A DNA stretch of 64,000 bases, taken from the NCBI GenBank assembly GCA_951406725.2, contig OX597814.1:192510001-192574000 (forward strand). The letters run 5' to 3'. Made by a program: the position numbers and the translations under genes. This DNA comes from Octopus vulgaris. Its lineage: Eukaryota. Of the stretch, positions 38,777 to 51,060 are shown piece after piece. The first letter of the stretch is position 1. Every line of letters begins with the position of its first letter. The notes under the pieces were generated by a model. It was not told where the DNA came from, ran no database searches, and was given only the letters and a program-made list of their open reading frames with translations.

Positions 38777-40055
38777 TATGAGCGTGGGCTGAAAATTCGT
38801 GGGATGACTGTGAAGGAGTGATGCTAGAGCTGTGAAATCTTGCATGCATTAATTTCAGCCCTACTTACTAACCCCGCCTTAGCGTAGGCGGAGGTATTGT
38901 TTGTTTGTTTGTCCATGGACAAGATATCTCAAGAACCGCAGGATGGATTCGGACGAAACTTTCGGGAATGTTTGGCCTCATGACTGGCACAAACTGATTA
39001 GATTTTGGGATCAATCCGGTACCGGACAAGGATTCTGGATTATTTTTCCGATTTTTTTACTTAATTTTTGAGAGCAGTCGGGTTCATTTTTAGTATTCTC
39101 GTTTGTGAGAGCAGTCGAGTTCATTTCAGTATTCTCATTTGAAAAATCATCTCCGTCTAATCGCTGAGAGGACGTTGATGTTGCCTTGGCGGAGGTTTGC
39201 GCTTTCTGAGTGCTCTTGTTAATAATTGCATTGTTTCTTTCCAAGTTAACTGACATCTGACTGTTCAAAGACTTCGAAAGTAACAAGTAGCAACTTCGCT
39301 TGAAAATCGACAAAATTTGGCATCATGGTGTTATCAAGTAATTGTAGGAAAAGGGTTTAGCTCAAAACGACATTCAGGCTAACATGGTTGCTACACTAGG
39401 GAATGACGCTCCAGCTTTATCAAAAGTGTACAAGTGGGCAGCTGAATGTAAGAGGGGAAGGGAGAGTCTTGAAGATGACCCAAGGTTTGGACATCCTGAA
39501 ACCGCCACCACCAAGGAAAACATTGATCATGTTCACCACATGCTGAGGGATAACAGGCGATTGGCTATAAATCAAATAATCAATGCTATTAGCATATCCC
39601 GTGAGAAAATTGAGAATATTCTGCACAATGAGTTTGGCATGACGAAGGTTTCAGCTCAGTGGGTCCCACGTCTTCTGATACCTGATCAAAAGCACACCAG
39701 GCTGATCGTGTCACAAGAAAATCTGACATTATTTCAGGTAGATCCAGCTGGTTTCCTTGAACGTTTCTTAAGCCAGGATGAGTGCTGGGTTCTACACTTT
39801 TTGCCAGAGACAAAAAAAATAATCAGTGCAGTCAAAATACTCCTCCTCACCTGCTCCAAAGAAGGCCAAGATTGTTTCAACAGTAAGGAAAGTGATGGCT
39901 TCAGTTTTTCTGTGATGCAAAAGATGTGTTTATTGACTATCTTCAAAAAGATCACATCATCAATTTTATGGGGTAGTTATGAAAGGCTATCAAGACCAAA
40001 TGCCCAGGGAAAATGATGAAAGGGCCTTCTTTCATTAGAACAATGCTCCAGCATG
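38777..40055 (+). mobile_element. Decayed mariner transposon, interrupted at 38868..39221
   Basis: ORF 39384..40016: HTH region KVYKWAAECKRGRESLEDDPR.G, WVPRLL and QDECWV; decayed H..NAP near 40030. Confidence 0.88.
38868..39221 (+). mobile_element. Helentron/DINE-1-like non-autonomous element nested in the mariner
   Basis: 5' stem-loop ccgcct...aggcgg, a (TTTG)n tract, and a second ggcggagg subterminal repeat near the 3' end. Confidence 0.55.
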
Positions 40056-40057
40056 CA

Positions 40058-41392
40058 TGCGCTTCAGTGTGAATTCCACAAAGTCTGCAACGGTTGTCAT
40101 ATTTTACGGCTTTTCCTGCATCTCTGTCTCTTTTGTGCATCAGGTACTTGGTTGATATTTCCAGTTCCTGGATTACAAACGCACACCCTTCAAAGTGAGA
40201 GGTCGTAACCCGGCAATTGGTCCATGATAAACTGTTTTTATGATCGATGTTACTATCATCACGGAGCTTTCTACTAACATATCCATGCATAGTCTACTGC
40301 TCATATAGGATATCCTTTCATCTGATAATACGTTGCGGTAGAGTCGTGCGGCTTCTTTGGGTATATATTCTAGGTTATCAGATAAAGAGTGTTGCTCAAG
40401 GAGCTGCCTGCCAAGTCTTATGATGTTATCAGCCTCATGTATGCAAACTTGGTCAAGGAGTGCACTTCGACACTTGGTGGTTAAAAGATATTGCCGAAGA
40501 TATTGCGACATTCAAAGTCATTTTGGATCGATGTTAAGCCTCTGCCGCCTTGTTTTCGTTTTAGATAGAGGCGGTCTACGTCACTGTTTATGTGAAAATT
40601 GCGTACTTGTTTGTATTTTTAGGGTTTTCACATCAATGGCTCGGATATGATGAAGCGTCCAATCAAGCAGCCCAAATGTTGATATGTCTACTGGCACTGC
40701 AAACACATTGTGGTCCACTGTTTTATTGAATGCAGAGAGTTCTGAGGTCCAAATTTTCTTTATTCGGCTGTAATATTCTTTAGTGACATGTGTTTTGTTA
40801 CAGGTGCCATCGTAAGATATGTTTTCGTCCACCCCTAGGTACCTGTAACATTCCTCGTCAGATACAAGCGAAACAGTTAAATCATTGGTGGAGATATTAC
40901 TAGTCTGGTTTATAGTTTTCCTCCTTTTCACAACCATATTACAACACTTATCCTGACCGAACTCCAACCCTACATACTTTGAGAATGTTGTAAATAGGTC
41001 AAGGCTCTTTTTCATCTCATGCATATTCTTTGTATAAAGTTTTAAGTCACCCACAAAGAAACAGTGTTTATTTTTGGTATTTCTGTTTCCTTGTGAACCA
41101 GTGAGATATCCTTCAGACTTGCCTAACATGAATGACAAGGAGTTTATAGAAAGTATAAACAACATCACAGAGAGGCTGTCTCCTTGGAATATGCCTTTGG
41201 CAATACTGTATTCTATCGGTGGTGATACAGTCACTCTTTGAGTTTAATTTCAAGATGGTGGCCCACGATGAAGTCAGGTCAGCTATGGCTTTGACTATTC
41301 TCACTGGAACTTTAGCAAGTTGAAGGGCTTCTAGCATCCATGAGTGGGGAATAGAGCCAAAGGCTTTCTTGTAGTCTAGCCACAAACTTTCC
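40058..41392 (-). mobile_element. R4/Dong-like LINE reverse transcriptase fragment
   Basis: WLDYKKAFGSIPH, GIFQGDSLS, FFVGDLKLY (decayed YMDD), YRYLGV and a CRLC knuckle; frameshifted. Confidence 0.88.
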
Positions 41393-41589
41393 GAGTGTAA
41401 TCGCATGCAGAGAGTGAATGTGTGTTGTTCTTTGCTGTCACATCTCACGAATGAACCTTTTTTGGACAAAATAGTGATTGGTGATGAGAAATGGGTTCTC
41501 TATAAAAATGTTAAGCCTCTGCTGCCTTGTTTTAGGTTTTAGGTACCTTGGGGATGATAATTAGCTGGCCAGTCTGTTCCCGAGACAGC

Positions 41590-43192
41590 CAGATTGTGGA
41601 TAGTCGGTTTCAGCGTACGCGGACGACATCACCATCATCGTAATCGAAATGGATGACCTACAGATGGTAGGCAAGGCCATTGAAGAATACGAGACGGTGG
41701 CAGGAGCAAAGGTTAATCGTGAAAAGTCAGTCGGCTTGTAGCTCGGCACCTGGAGCGGCAAGTCGATGCCTCCTGACAGCGACGTGGGATGTTGGATGGA
41801 GAGTCCGATTAAATTGCTAGGAGTCTGGTTTGGATCAGGCCTCCAAACAGAGAAGAACTGGGCCGAGGTAGCGAATAGGGTGGCTCACATAGCCAAGACC
41901 TGGTCTTGGCGGTGGCTATCCCTGAAATGGAGGGCGGAGGTGGCCAATGTGTTCATCGCATCGGTCTTCACCAACCGCCTAACCGTCGTTCCTTGCCCTG
42001 ATTCGTGGTTGAGCAAGCTGGAAAGACAGCTCTTCTGCTTCTTGTGGAAGGGCTCGAATCCGCTTGTGAGACGCTCTATTTGCTGCCAACAACCGTTAAA
42101 GGATGGGCTAGGGATGCCTTGACTGATGATGTACAGGCACGCGCTGAGGTTGAGGCATCTGTGGCTCCATCTGGATGGTGATCGGGTGTGGTCTCCGCTA
42201 GCGAAACAGATGTTTCCCAAGTTCACTTGTTTCGGTGGACTGGATACCTGGTTCTATCGTAGATCAAAGTTGGGTAAATGGTTCACGGAGTGTCGTAAGA
42301 CCCTCCGGATATTCTATCTCTCGGGCGGCGCCTGCGGTAGTGGTCCTACCACATTCTTTTATAGAGAGTTGGGAGAGGAGAAATGTGACGATACCTTGGG
42401 GAAAGCCCTAGGTCTCGATGATAATTAGCTGCCCAGTCTGTTCCAACGTACATTCGGGCCGAAGACGATGGATAACTTCCAGAAGTCTTTGGCATGGCAA
42501 TGATACCGAGGAGCGTTACTTGTCCGGGACAAGCTCGCAAGGCATGGTGGCCCTGGCCCACTGACCTGTCCAAGATGTGGGCGGGACAGGGAAACCGTTC
42601 CGCACGCTATTGTTCAGTGTTCGGAGGTGGCAGATGTGTGGGTTTATGCCGAACAACTGTTGTCAAGTACAGGAAGAGTACAGCTATCGACTGAGTCAAT
42701 AGTAAAAATTGACCCACTGGATTTCCTATCGAAAGAAGGTAAGAATTGCTTTCTCATCGTAGTAGCAATTGCGAGAGAGGTGATTTGGAATACTCGAATG
42801 AAAGGGTTAATAACAGGCATTTTTATCTCTGGCCCTGGTTTGGTGAATTTTTTCACCTTCCACGTAAGAAGGAAAATAGGGTTAGAGAAAAAATAACTGT
42901 CCGCGAAAATGTTTCAAGATCGATGGAAGAATGTCGCGTATGGATGAAACTGCATGAATACAACGCAGGACGAACCCAAAGCATCAGTGGTGAGACGGGG
43001 CTCGTGGGGTCCGAGCATATCCCGCCTCCCCACTCCATTCTGTATTGTTGTCTTGCATATGTTATACTTCGAACTATTCATATTTATATAAAATTTTTAA
43101 ATTCATCTTTTTGTTAACTCATACAATAAATCTGACCCCATATCAGATTGTACTGTCCCCTCTTTGTTGTCCCCTTGTGGGAAATAAAAAGT
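41590..43192 (+). mobile_element. L1/Tx1-clade LINE 3' portion
   Basis: SAYADDI, GAKVNREKS, KLLGVWF, FLWKG, GLGMP and a CPRC-type knuckle; aataaa at 43183. Confidence 0.85.
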
Positions 43193-43560
43193 TTGCGAAA
43201 TTCCTAGCGGTATTTCGTCTGTCTTTACGTTCTGAGTTCAAATTCCGCCGAGGTCGACCCTGCCTTTTATCCTTTCGGGGTCGATAAATTAAGTACCAGT
43301 TACGCACTGGGGTCGATGTAATCGACTTAATCCCTTTGTCTGTCCTTGTTTGTCCTCTCTGTGTTTAGCCCCTTGTGGGTAGTAAAGAAATAGGTATTTC
43401 GTCTGTCTTTACGTTCTGAGTTCAAATTCCGCCGAGGTCGACTCTGCCTTTCATCCTTTCGGGGTCGATGAATTAAGTACCAGTTGCATACTGGAGTCGA
43501 TCTAACTGACTGGCCCCCTCCCTCAAAATTTAAGGCCTTGTGCCTATATTAGAAAAGATT
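43193..43560 (+). mobile_element. SINE with tandem-duplicated body. Copies at 22420..22833-, 24510..24718-, 34097..34310+, 45857..46013+, 58885..59095-
   Basis: Shared ttctgagttcaaattccgccgaggtcgac...cctttcggggtcgataaattaagtaccag. Confidence 0.8.
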
Positions 43561-44172
43561 ATGTTAGTGCAGTGGTAATCCGAAAATTTGACAGGACTGA
43601 CTATTCAACCAATAATAGATTATTTCTATCTACCAATTAAATAATTGTGCTCTATGTTAAACCATTTTATAAAGAAGATTTGTCTTGCTTACGTTCAACC
43701 AAAAATAGCTCTAATATTACCTCAATGATCACTGGCTTCAAGCTAATGAAACGTAAAGGGACGGGCACAGAGCATGTTTGAAATATGCATATCAAAATTT
43801 ATGCTCTCTTCAACTCTCTTATACAGCAGACTGCTTGTTTGTTTACGTCTAAGGTCAAATGTCACCTGATTTTACTCGTGGGTGGATTGGTGTTATTTTT
43901 CGTGTAGTAATTGCTATTGGTATACGTTGTTACTTTGTGAAATAGTTTCTAGTAATTCTGGGAAGCAAATTTGTGTGACATATACAGAGAGAGAGGGTGG
44001 GATAGGGAGAGAGATGCTTGCATTTCATTTATATGTAATAGTGCAAATCAAGGTTTCGTTGTCTGTGCAGCAGACAATTGTTCGTCAGTAGCTGAGACCT
44101 TGATCTTGAGTTCAGAAGACTGGCTGGTTTATTTGGGCAGATATAATAAAGGACAAGAGAGCTTTGTTTGTC

Positions 44173-44692
44173 ATGTATGTATGTATGTATGTATGTATGT
44201 ATGTATGCATGCATGTATGTATGTATGTATGTATGTATGTATGTATGTATGTATGTATGTATGTATGTATGTATGTATGTATGTAGATGTATGTATGTAT
44301 GTAGATGTATGTATGTATGTATGTATGTATGTATGTATGTATGTATGTATGTATGTATGTATGTATGTATGTATGTATGTATGTATGTATGCATGCATGA
44401 ATGCATGTATGTATGTATGTATGTATGTATGTATGTATGTATGTATGTATGTATGTATGTATGTATGTATGTATGTATGTATGCATGCATGCATGCATGC
44501 ATATGTATGCATGTATGTATGTATGCATGTATGTATGTATGTATGTATGTATGTATGTATGTATGTGTGTATGTATGCATGTATGCATGTATGTATGTAT
44601 GTATTATGTATGTATGTATGTATGTATACATATGTGTGCGTGCATTTGCTGCACGTGTGTGTATGTGTGAGTGTGAGTGTGTGTATGTATAT
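44173..44692. repeat. (TATG)n microsatellite
   Basis: Direct reading. Confidence 0.95.
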
Positions 44693-44861
44693 ATTCTTTT
44701 ATTCTTTTATCCTTTTACTTGTTTCAGTCGTTTGACTGCGGCCATGCAGGAGTACCGCCTTTAGTCGAAGAATTCGACCCCAGGACTTATTCTTTGTAAG
44801 CCTAGTACTTATTCCATCGGTCTCTTTTGCTGAACCGCTAAGTTATGGGGACGTAGACGCT

Positions 44862-45857
44862 TATTTACTGGTCGTACTTCAAGGACCCGGCGAAGAATTC
44901 TTGCAGTTCCAAGCAATGCTGATTTTTGTAGGTGTTCTGCCTTCACACTTGCACCAGTCTTTTTCAACCATGCTGGCAGTCGAGTGCTGATACTTCCAAG
45001 TGTGCCAATTACTATTGGTATCACATCTACTCTCCTCATTGATCACAACCTTCGTATTTCCCATTTCAAATCGTCATAGTTACTCCTTTACTCGTTTCAG
45101 TCATTTGACCGCGGCCATGCTGGAGCACCGCCTTTTAGTCGAGCAACCGACCCCGGGACTTATTCTTTTTATAAGCCCAGTACTTATTCTATCGGTCTCT
45201 TTTTGCCGAACCGCTAAGTGACGGGGACGTAAACACACCAGCATAGGTTGTCAAGCAATGCCAGGGGAACAAACACACACACATACATATATATGTATAT
45301 ACATATATACGACAGGCTTCTTTCAGTTTCCGTCAACCAAATCCACTCACAAGGCATTGGTCGGCCCGGGGCTATAGCAGAAGACACTTGCCCAAGATGC
45401 CACGCAGTGGGACTGAACCCGGAACCATGTGGTTGGTTAGCAAGCTACTTACCACACAGCCACTCCAGTTTTTCTTCTTCTTTCTCTTTGATCCTGTTGT
45501 CAGCAGAACATGCTATGTCGATTATCATACATGTTTTTTGTTTTTATTCACCACAGCAATGTCCGTTTTCCGATGTCTGGTCAGGTGATTGCACTGAATC
45601 ATTGCATCCCACAGGATTTTCCAATTTTCAATCTCGGTGACTCCTTTTGGGGTTTTCTCATACCACGTCTTTGCTCTTTGTAGGCCGTGATTTCCATAGA
45701 GCTCCCAAAGGATCATTCTTGCCACATTGGCATGCCGTCTTTCGTATTTGCGTTGTGCCAATTTCAGGCATTCACCACACATTCTGCATTTGTCACGGTC
45801 GGTAGTGTTGTCGATTCTTTACTTCACATATTTAGTCCTTAACGCGCGTTCTTGAGA
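44862..45857 (-). mobile_element. R4/Dong-clade endonuclease fragment split by a SINE (45084..45466)
   Basis: CRMCGEC..LAQRKYERRH, ILWD, VIPIVIGTLG and LQKSALLGTARILR motifs. Confidence 0.8.
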
Positions 45858-46012
45858 ATTTCGCCCGTCGCTACGTTCTGAGTTCAAATTTCGCCATGGT
45901 TGACTTTGCCTTTTATCCTTTCGGGGTCGATGAATTAAGTACCAGTGAAACACTGGAGTCGATATAATCGACTAGTCCCCTCCTACCAAATTTCAGGCCT
46001 TTAGTAGAAAGG

Positions 46013-46111
<99 letters not shown>

Positions 46112-46223
46112 GAGTGAGAGAGCAGAGCAGTGCATGCTATCAAAGGGACTCTGGGTTAAAATATACGAAGCCCAGTACATCCATCATAACTACCCGTCCG
46201 ATAAGGGTACACGAGACATACTA

Positions 46224-46284
<61 letters not shown>

Positions 46285-46295
46285 TATTATTATTA

Positions 46296-46344
<49 letters not shown>

Positions 46345-46424
46345 TACTATTATTATTATCATTATCATTACTATTATTATTGTTATTATTATTATTATTG
46401 TTATTATTATTACTATTATTATTT
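46013..46424. repeat. (ATT)n microsatellite interrupted by a 110-bp element fragment
   Basis: Direct reading. Confidence 0.95.
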
Positions 46425-47715
46425 AGTTCATGCCATCGAGTGATGTGTTGACGGTTAGCCTATTAAAAATTAGATAATACTTTTCATTTGTTTTATCATT
46501 ATTTACATATGAGTAGTTGTAAATAGTCTGACAGAAACTATCGATGATTTTCATTTGAAGTTCTGTGCATCCAAGGAGTGGCAGAGCCTCGTCAATTATT
46601 CACTTAAACACACACACACACACATTGTCATGTTGCCTGGTAATGAATTCAAGACAAGGAATTATAATCTCTTAAGAAAGATAAAACGATTATAATAGAT
46701 TTTTCCTGCTTTTCGGTTGTGATAACTTCTGAAGTAGTTATTTTTTTCGTCTCCCTTTTCAAGCCTACCCAGGCTGATGGGCCCGGTTTCCCGGTTTCTG
46801 TGGAGTATGTGTTCCCCCCAGCTGGACGGGACGCCAGTCCATCGCAGCGTTACTCAAGAAACAGGAAGAGAGAGTGAGAAAAAGTTGTGGCGAAAGAGTA
46901 CAACAAGGGGCGCCACCACCCCCTGCCCGAGCCTCGTGGAGCTTTTAGGTGTTTTCGCTCAATAAACACACACAACGCCCGGTCTGGGAATCGAAACCGC
47001 GAGCCTCCGACCGCGAGTCCACTGCCCTAACCATTTGCGCCTCCACGAAGTAGTTATAATAGAGAATTTTGTCTTAGATTTCCACGCGATCTAACCAAAA
47101 GAGTCAATTGGTTAAAATGAATGTGTCTGCTTTTGAATAGTGTCCATATAATGTATATATAGACTGCATATATTCAGAAATTCTTTTAATCTTTTAATAT
47201 TCAGATTACTCTGTCAACTGTAACGCTTTTTTAGTCACATTATTTTGAATTAATCCTGCATTATCTCATAGCTTTGAGATTTTAATGATGTTATCACTGG
47301 CCCAGGCAGAGTGTGTGCCGTTCGGGGCAACTCTTCAGTTTGCCGCCCCATGCCCTCCACTAAAAAATACATATTTTCTACAGCAGACCCAAAAGTAGTG
47401 CCGCCCCCTTAAAAGTGCTGCCAGGGGTGAACCGCCCCTCTCTTGTTACGATAGTGGGTGTGGTTATTTATTTTCAGAATGACATTGTAGGGTACGTGTG
47501 GGAAGCCGGAATTGGCCAGTTTGAACATGAATCAGACAGAATATTTGAGTCTAATATGGTGGGTTTAAATTCTAACGGGTTAAACATAGAGGCCTATACA
47601 AGATTTTTTTTTCTGTGCGTGAAAAACTAGCATATATCATGCAGGCAATCTCTCTCCCTTTCTATCTTTCTTTTTTTCTTTCTGTCTTTCTTTCTTTCTG
47701 TCTTTCTTTCTTTCT

Positions 47716-47759
<44 letters not shown>

Positions 47760-47989
47760 ACATCTTACAACTGGACCAGGGAGTCAGAGTGAGGTTGCTC
47801 ATCTAGCGCGATTCTCTATGTATCTGACCACAGTCTATCGTGAGTCTAGAAAAGTCTTGTAACGATGGTGGAACAGCCAGCTCGTGAAAGTGGATAGCTG
47901 AAGCTGCAGCTGCAAACCTATACATAGGCAACGCAAGCCATAGAGTTGCTTTCCAGTAGATTGCCTTGTCCAGCGCCGAATGCAGGGTA

Positions 47990-49130
47990 AATCATTACCT
48001 ACTCGTGATGAAAATGTACCCGAGCATCAAAGACCTGACAATTTTGACCAACTGCCTCAAAAACATAGATTACAGAATAAGTCAAATTCCATCAGAATAA
48101 GGCAGTAAAGATGAAGAGTCGGTCTCCCTCAAGACTGTCTGCCGAACAGCTCTAGAGCACGGCGGACCTGCCATTCGCAACCACCAAGACTAATTTGATA
48201 AAAATGCCAAGGAAATACAAGTTGTTTTTTTTTATGAGATGAATCAGCGTCTTTGATCCCACCAAAATGATCGATCATCATCATTTAAAAATATAGCCTT
48301 CTCACAGATCCGCCATACAGAGCAAGAAAAGCTCGTAGAGATAGAAGGTACATAAAACAAACGAAATTCAGAACTGTGTAGAAAACTGGGACCCGAAAGG
48401 AATCTACGATATTCCGAAATTCGTCTATGGATTTCGTTAACGGGCAATTGCTCACTGAGAAATGATTGAAGAGATGGCCAAAACACTTTCATAATGTGCT
48501 CAAACGGCCAACTTCAATAAAAAATGATGCTATTACCTACCTAGCAAAGGAAATTGTGAATTACGAGCTTAACTTCTCACTGACACTCGCAGAAGTCATG
48601 AAAAAAATCTCTCAGATGTTCAGAGGTAAGGGTAATTTCTTTCGGAAGTGTACAAAGCAACTCGGACATTAATCCTTGCACTGCTGTCAGACATCTTTCA
48701 GTTCGTTAGGAACAAAGGAAAAATTCTCCGGGACCTCAAAAGTGTCAACATTGTCTTCATCACAAGATCAAAAGAAAAGAGAACAGCTGGACATGCAACC
48801 ACCATAGAGAAATCTCCTTCCTTTCTGTTGCTAGGAATAATAGGTCCCCGTATCCTGTACAACTGTCTCCAGGGTAATCAATATGGCTTCTGTGACAGTC
48901 ATAAGAAATCGGGCAAGAACTCCGCAGCCCACCAACTCTTACAAAATAATTCCCACAGTCCTCTGACATGCCCGAGTCCTGGACTGTCTATAAAAGACAT
49001 GTAACACATCTCAACCATTTCAACATGAGGTGTCATCGTAGTATCTCGCACATTTGCTGACGGAACAACATACCTAACATCGAGGCGTTTCGTCAAGCCG
49101 ACATCCCAAGCGTGCCTACACATTTTGCAT
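47990..49130 (+). mobile_element. Highly decayed RTE (BovB-like) LINE fragment
   Basis: RW.KHF.NVL.RP, I......K..R..C.N.R.ISLLSV.G and QYGF remnants. Confidence 0.55.
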
Positions 49131-49331
49131 TAGAGTGTGGAATCACGACTGTGGTTAGATACTTAAATATTTCCAGCCATCTAACAGTGACAGTGATTGG
49201 AAATGACTCCATAAAACATAAATGCTATAATACTTTGCATACATGATACTATATTGTAATATAACGCTATATTTTCATCATCAACACATTTAGAACTAAA
49301 GCTTCGTCCAAAACATTGTGGGAAATTACGC

Positions 49332-49752
49332 GGATCTTTTCGGTTTGAACGGCATTTTTTTCTAGGGTGTCATGAAATTGTCACCCATAATTATGACCCT
49401 AGTATCGATCTATTGCATTTCAATCTGTTTTAGGGTTAGGGTTCGGGTTAGGGGTGGGGGGAAGGGTATCTTTTTTTCTTCAGAAATGTAAATAAACCCA
49501 ATCTGTTTCTTAAACGAGGGACATTTTCATACGGCACAGAATGTTTTCACCTCAATAGACGTCATTGATTGGTTGAAATTGCAGAAATTGAAGAAGAAAA
49601 AACAACAAATATCTTACAAACTATAGAATTTTCTCAATAAAGCCAAGAGAAAAAGATGTTTTATAAACACATTCTACCAGTATACGAAGTTAAAAAGTGT
49701 TTAGTTACGTGGAAATTATTTTAAAAAACTGCCGGTCAAACCGAAAAGATCC
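49332..49752. mobile_element. Same Merlin-type MITE, opposite orientation
   Basis: Same TIRs and interior. No 8-bp TSD; flanked instead by a 122-bp direct duplication. Confidence 0.8.
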
Positions 49753-49957
49753 AGTAACTCCATAAAACATAAATGCTATGATACTTTGCATACATGATAC
49801 TATATTGTTATTAACGCTATATTTTCATCATCTCCACATTTTGAACTAAATCTTCGTCCCAAATATTGTGGGAAATTATGTACATCTGGCGACATCTGAT
49901 AATCTAGAAACTCATCGTGAAGCATTTTCAATTACATCGCTGAATAAAACAAATAAA

Positions 49958-50389
49958 GGATCTTTTCGGTTTGAACGGCAGTTTTTTTAAAATAATTTCC
50001 CCGTAACCAAACACTTTTAAACTTCGTATACTGGTAGAATGTGTTTATAAAACATAATTTTCTCTTGGCTTTCTTGAGAAAATTCTATAGTTTGTAAAAT
50101 ATTTGTTGTTTTTTTTTCTTCAATTTCTGCAATTTCAACCAATCAGTAACGTCTATTGAGGTGAAAACATTCTGTGCCGTATGAATATGTCCCTCGTTTA
50201 AGAAACAGATTGGGTTTATTTACATTTCTGAAGAAAAAAAGATACCATTTCCCCCACCCCTAACCCTAACTCTAACCCTAACCCTAAAATAGATTGAAAT
50301 TCAATAGATCGATACTAGGGTCATAATTATGGGTGACAATTTAATATGACACCGCTAGAAAAAAACTGTCGTTCAAACCGAAAAGATCC
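49958..50389. mobile_element. Same Merlin-type MITE with 8-bp TSD caaataaa, 248 bp upstream of the TSR3 ATG
   Basis: TSD at 49950..49957 and 50390..50397. Confidence 0.82.
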
Positions 50390-50637
50390 CAAATAAATAA
50401 ATCACAGAATCTTTAATAATATGTATTTTAACTTAATAGGAGATATATTGCACTAAACACTTGATCAGTAATGAGCTGTGAACAGTCAATAACACTGTGA
50501 CCGTCTCAATTCAGCCAAGTTATATCAGAGTTATCTCCCCTCCGTTTTTAATAAGGGAGCATTTAGTTATTTACTTACATTTTGTATACCGTTTATATCG
50601 TAGTCTCTTAAGTTATCTTCGACAGCAGCAATTTATT

Positions 50638-50782
50638 ATGGGTAAACAAAATACCCAGAAATCTCGAAAGAAGGCTAAAAATCCAGTTGAAACACCGCGA
50701 TCGGCACATAATCGTAAAAAACTCCGGCAAAACAAAAATGACGGCGTCAAAGTTAATGAACTCGGAGCAACTTTTGACAATG
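50638..50782 (+). CDS. TSR3: TSR3 exon 1 (basic N-terminus MGKQNTQKSRKKAKN...)
   Basis: ATG at 50638, donor AATG|gtaagt, 145 nt (phase 1), in frame with exon 2. Lys/Arg-rich leader as in eukaryotic TSR3. Confidence 0.85.
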
Positions 50783-50849
50783 GTAAGTAATGTTTTTTTT
50801 TACGGTCTCCTATTCTACGGTCGTAAAATAGATTAAGGAAACAATTTTG

Positions 50850-51060
50850 TTGAATTCATACCCACTCCACTATCGATCACTTCGTGAACTTCGTTGATCC
50901 GAATGATCTAGAAATACATACCCAACAAATTGTAGGTTTGTGGGACCACGCTAAAAAAGAAAATTGGTCGTCGGTGTAGGACGAGCCTAGAATTATTTCA
51001 CTCGTGTCTTTCAGAATTTATTTGGCTGAGTTGAACATTTTTCAGTCGAATATTACTAGC
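50850..51060 (+). pseudogene. Merlin/IS1016-like DDE transposase C-terminal remnant in TSR3 intron 1
   Basis: YTHSTIDHFVNFVDPNDLEIHTQQIVGLWDHAKK resembles the H.TVNHS.NFVDP...HTQ.IE..W...K motif. Confidence 0.65.
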
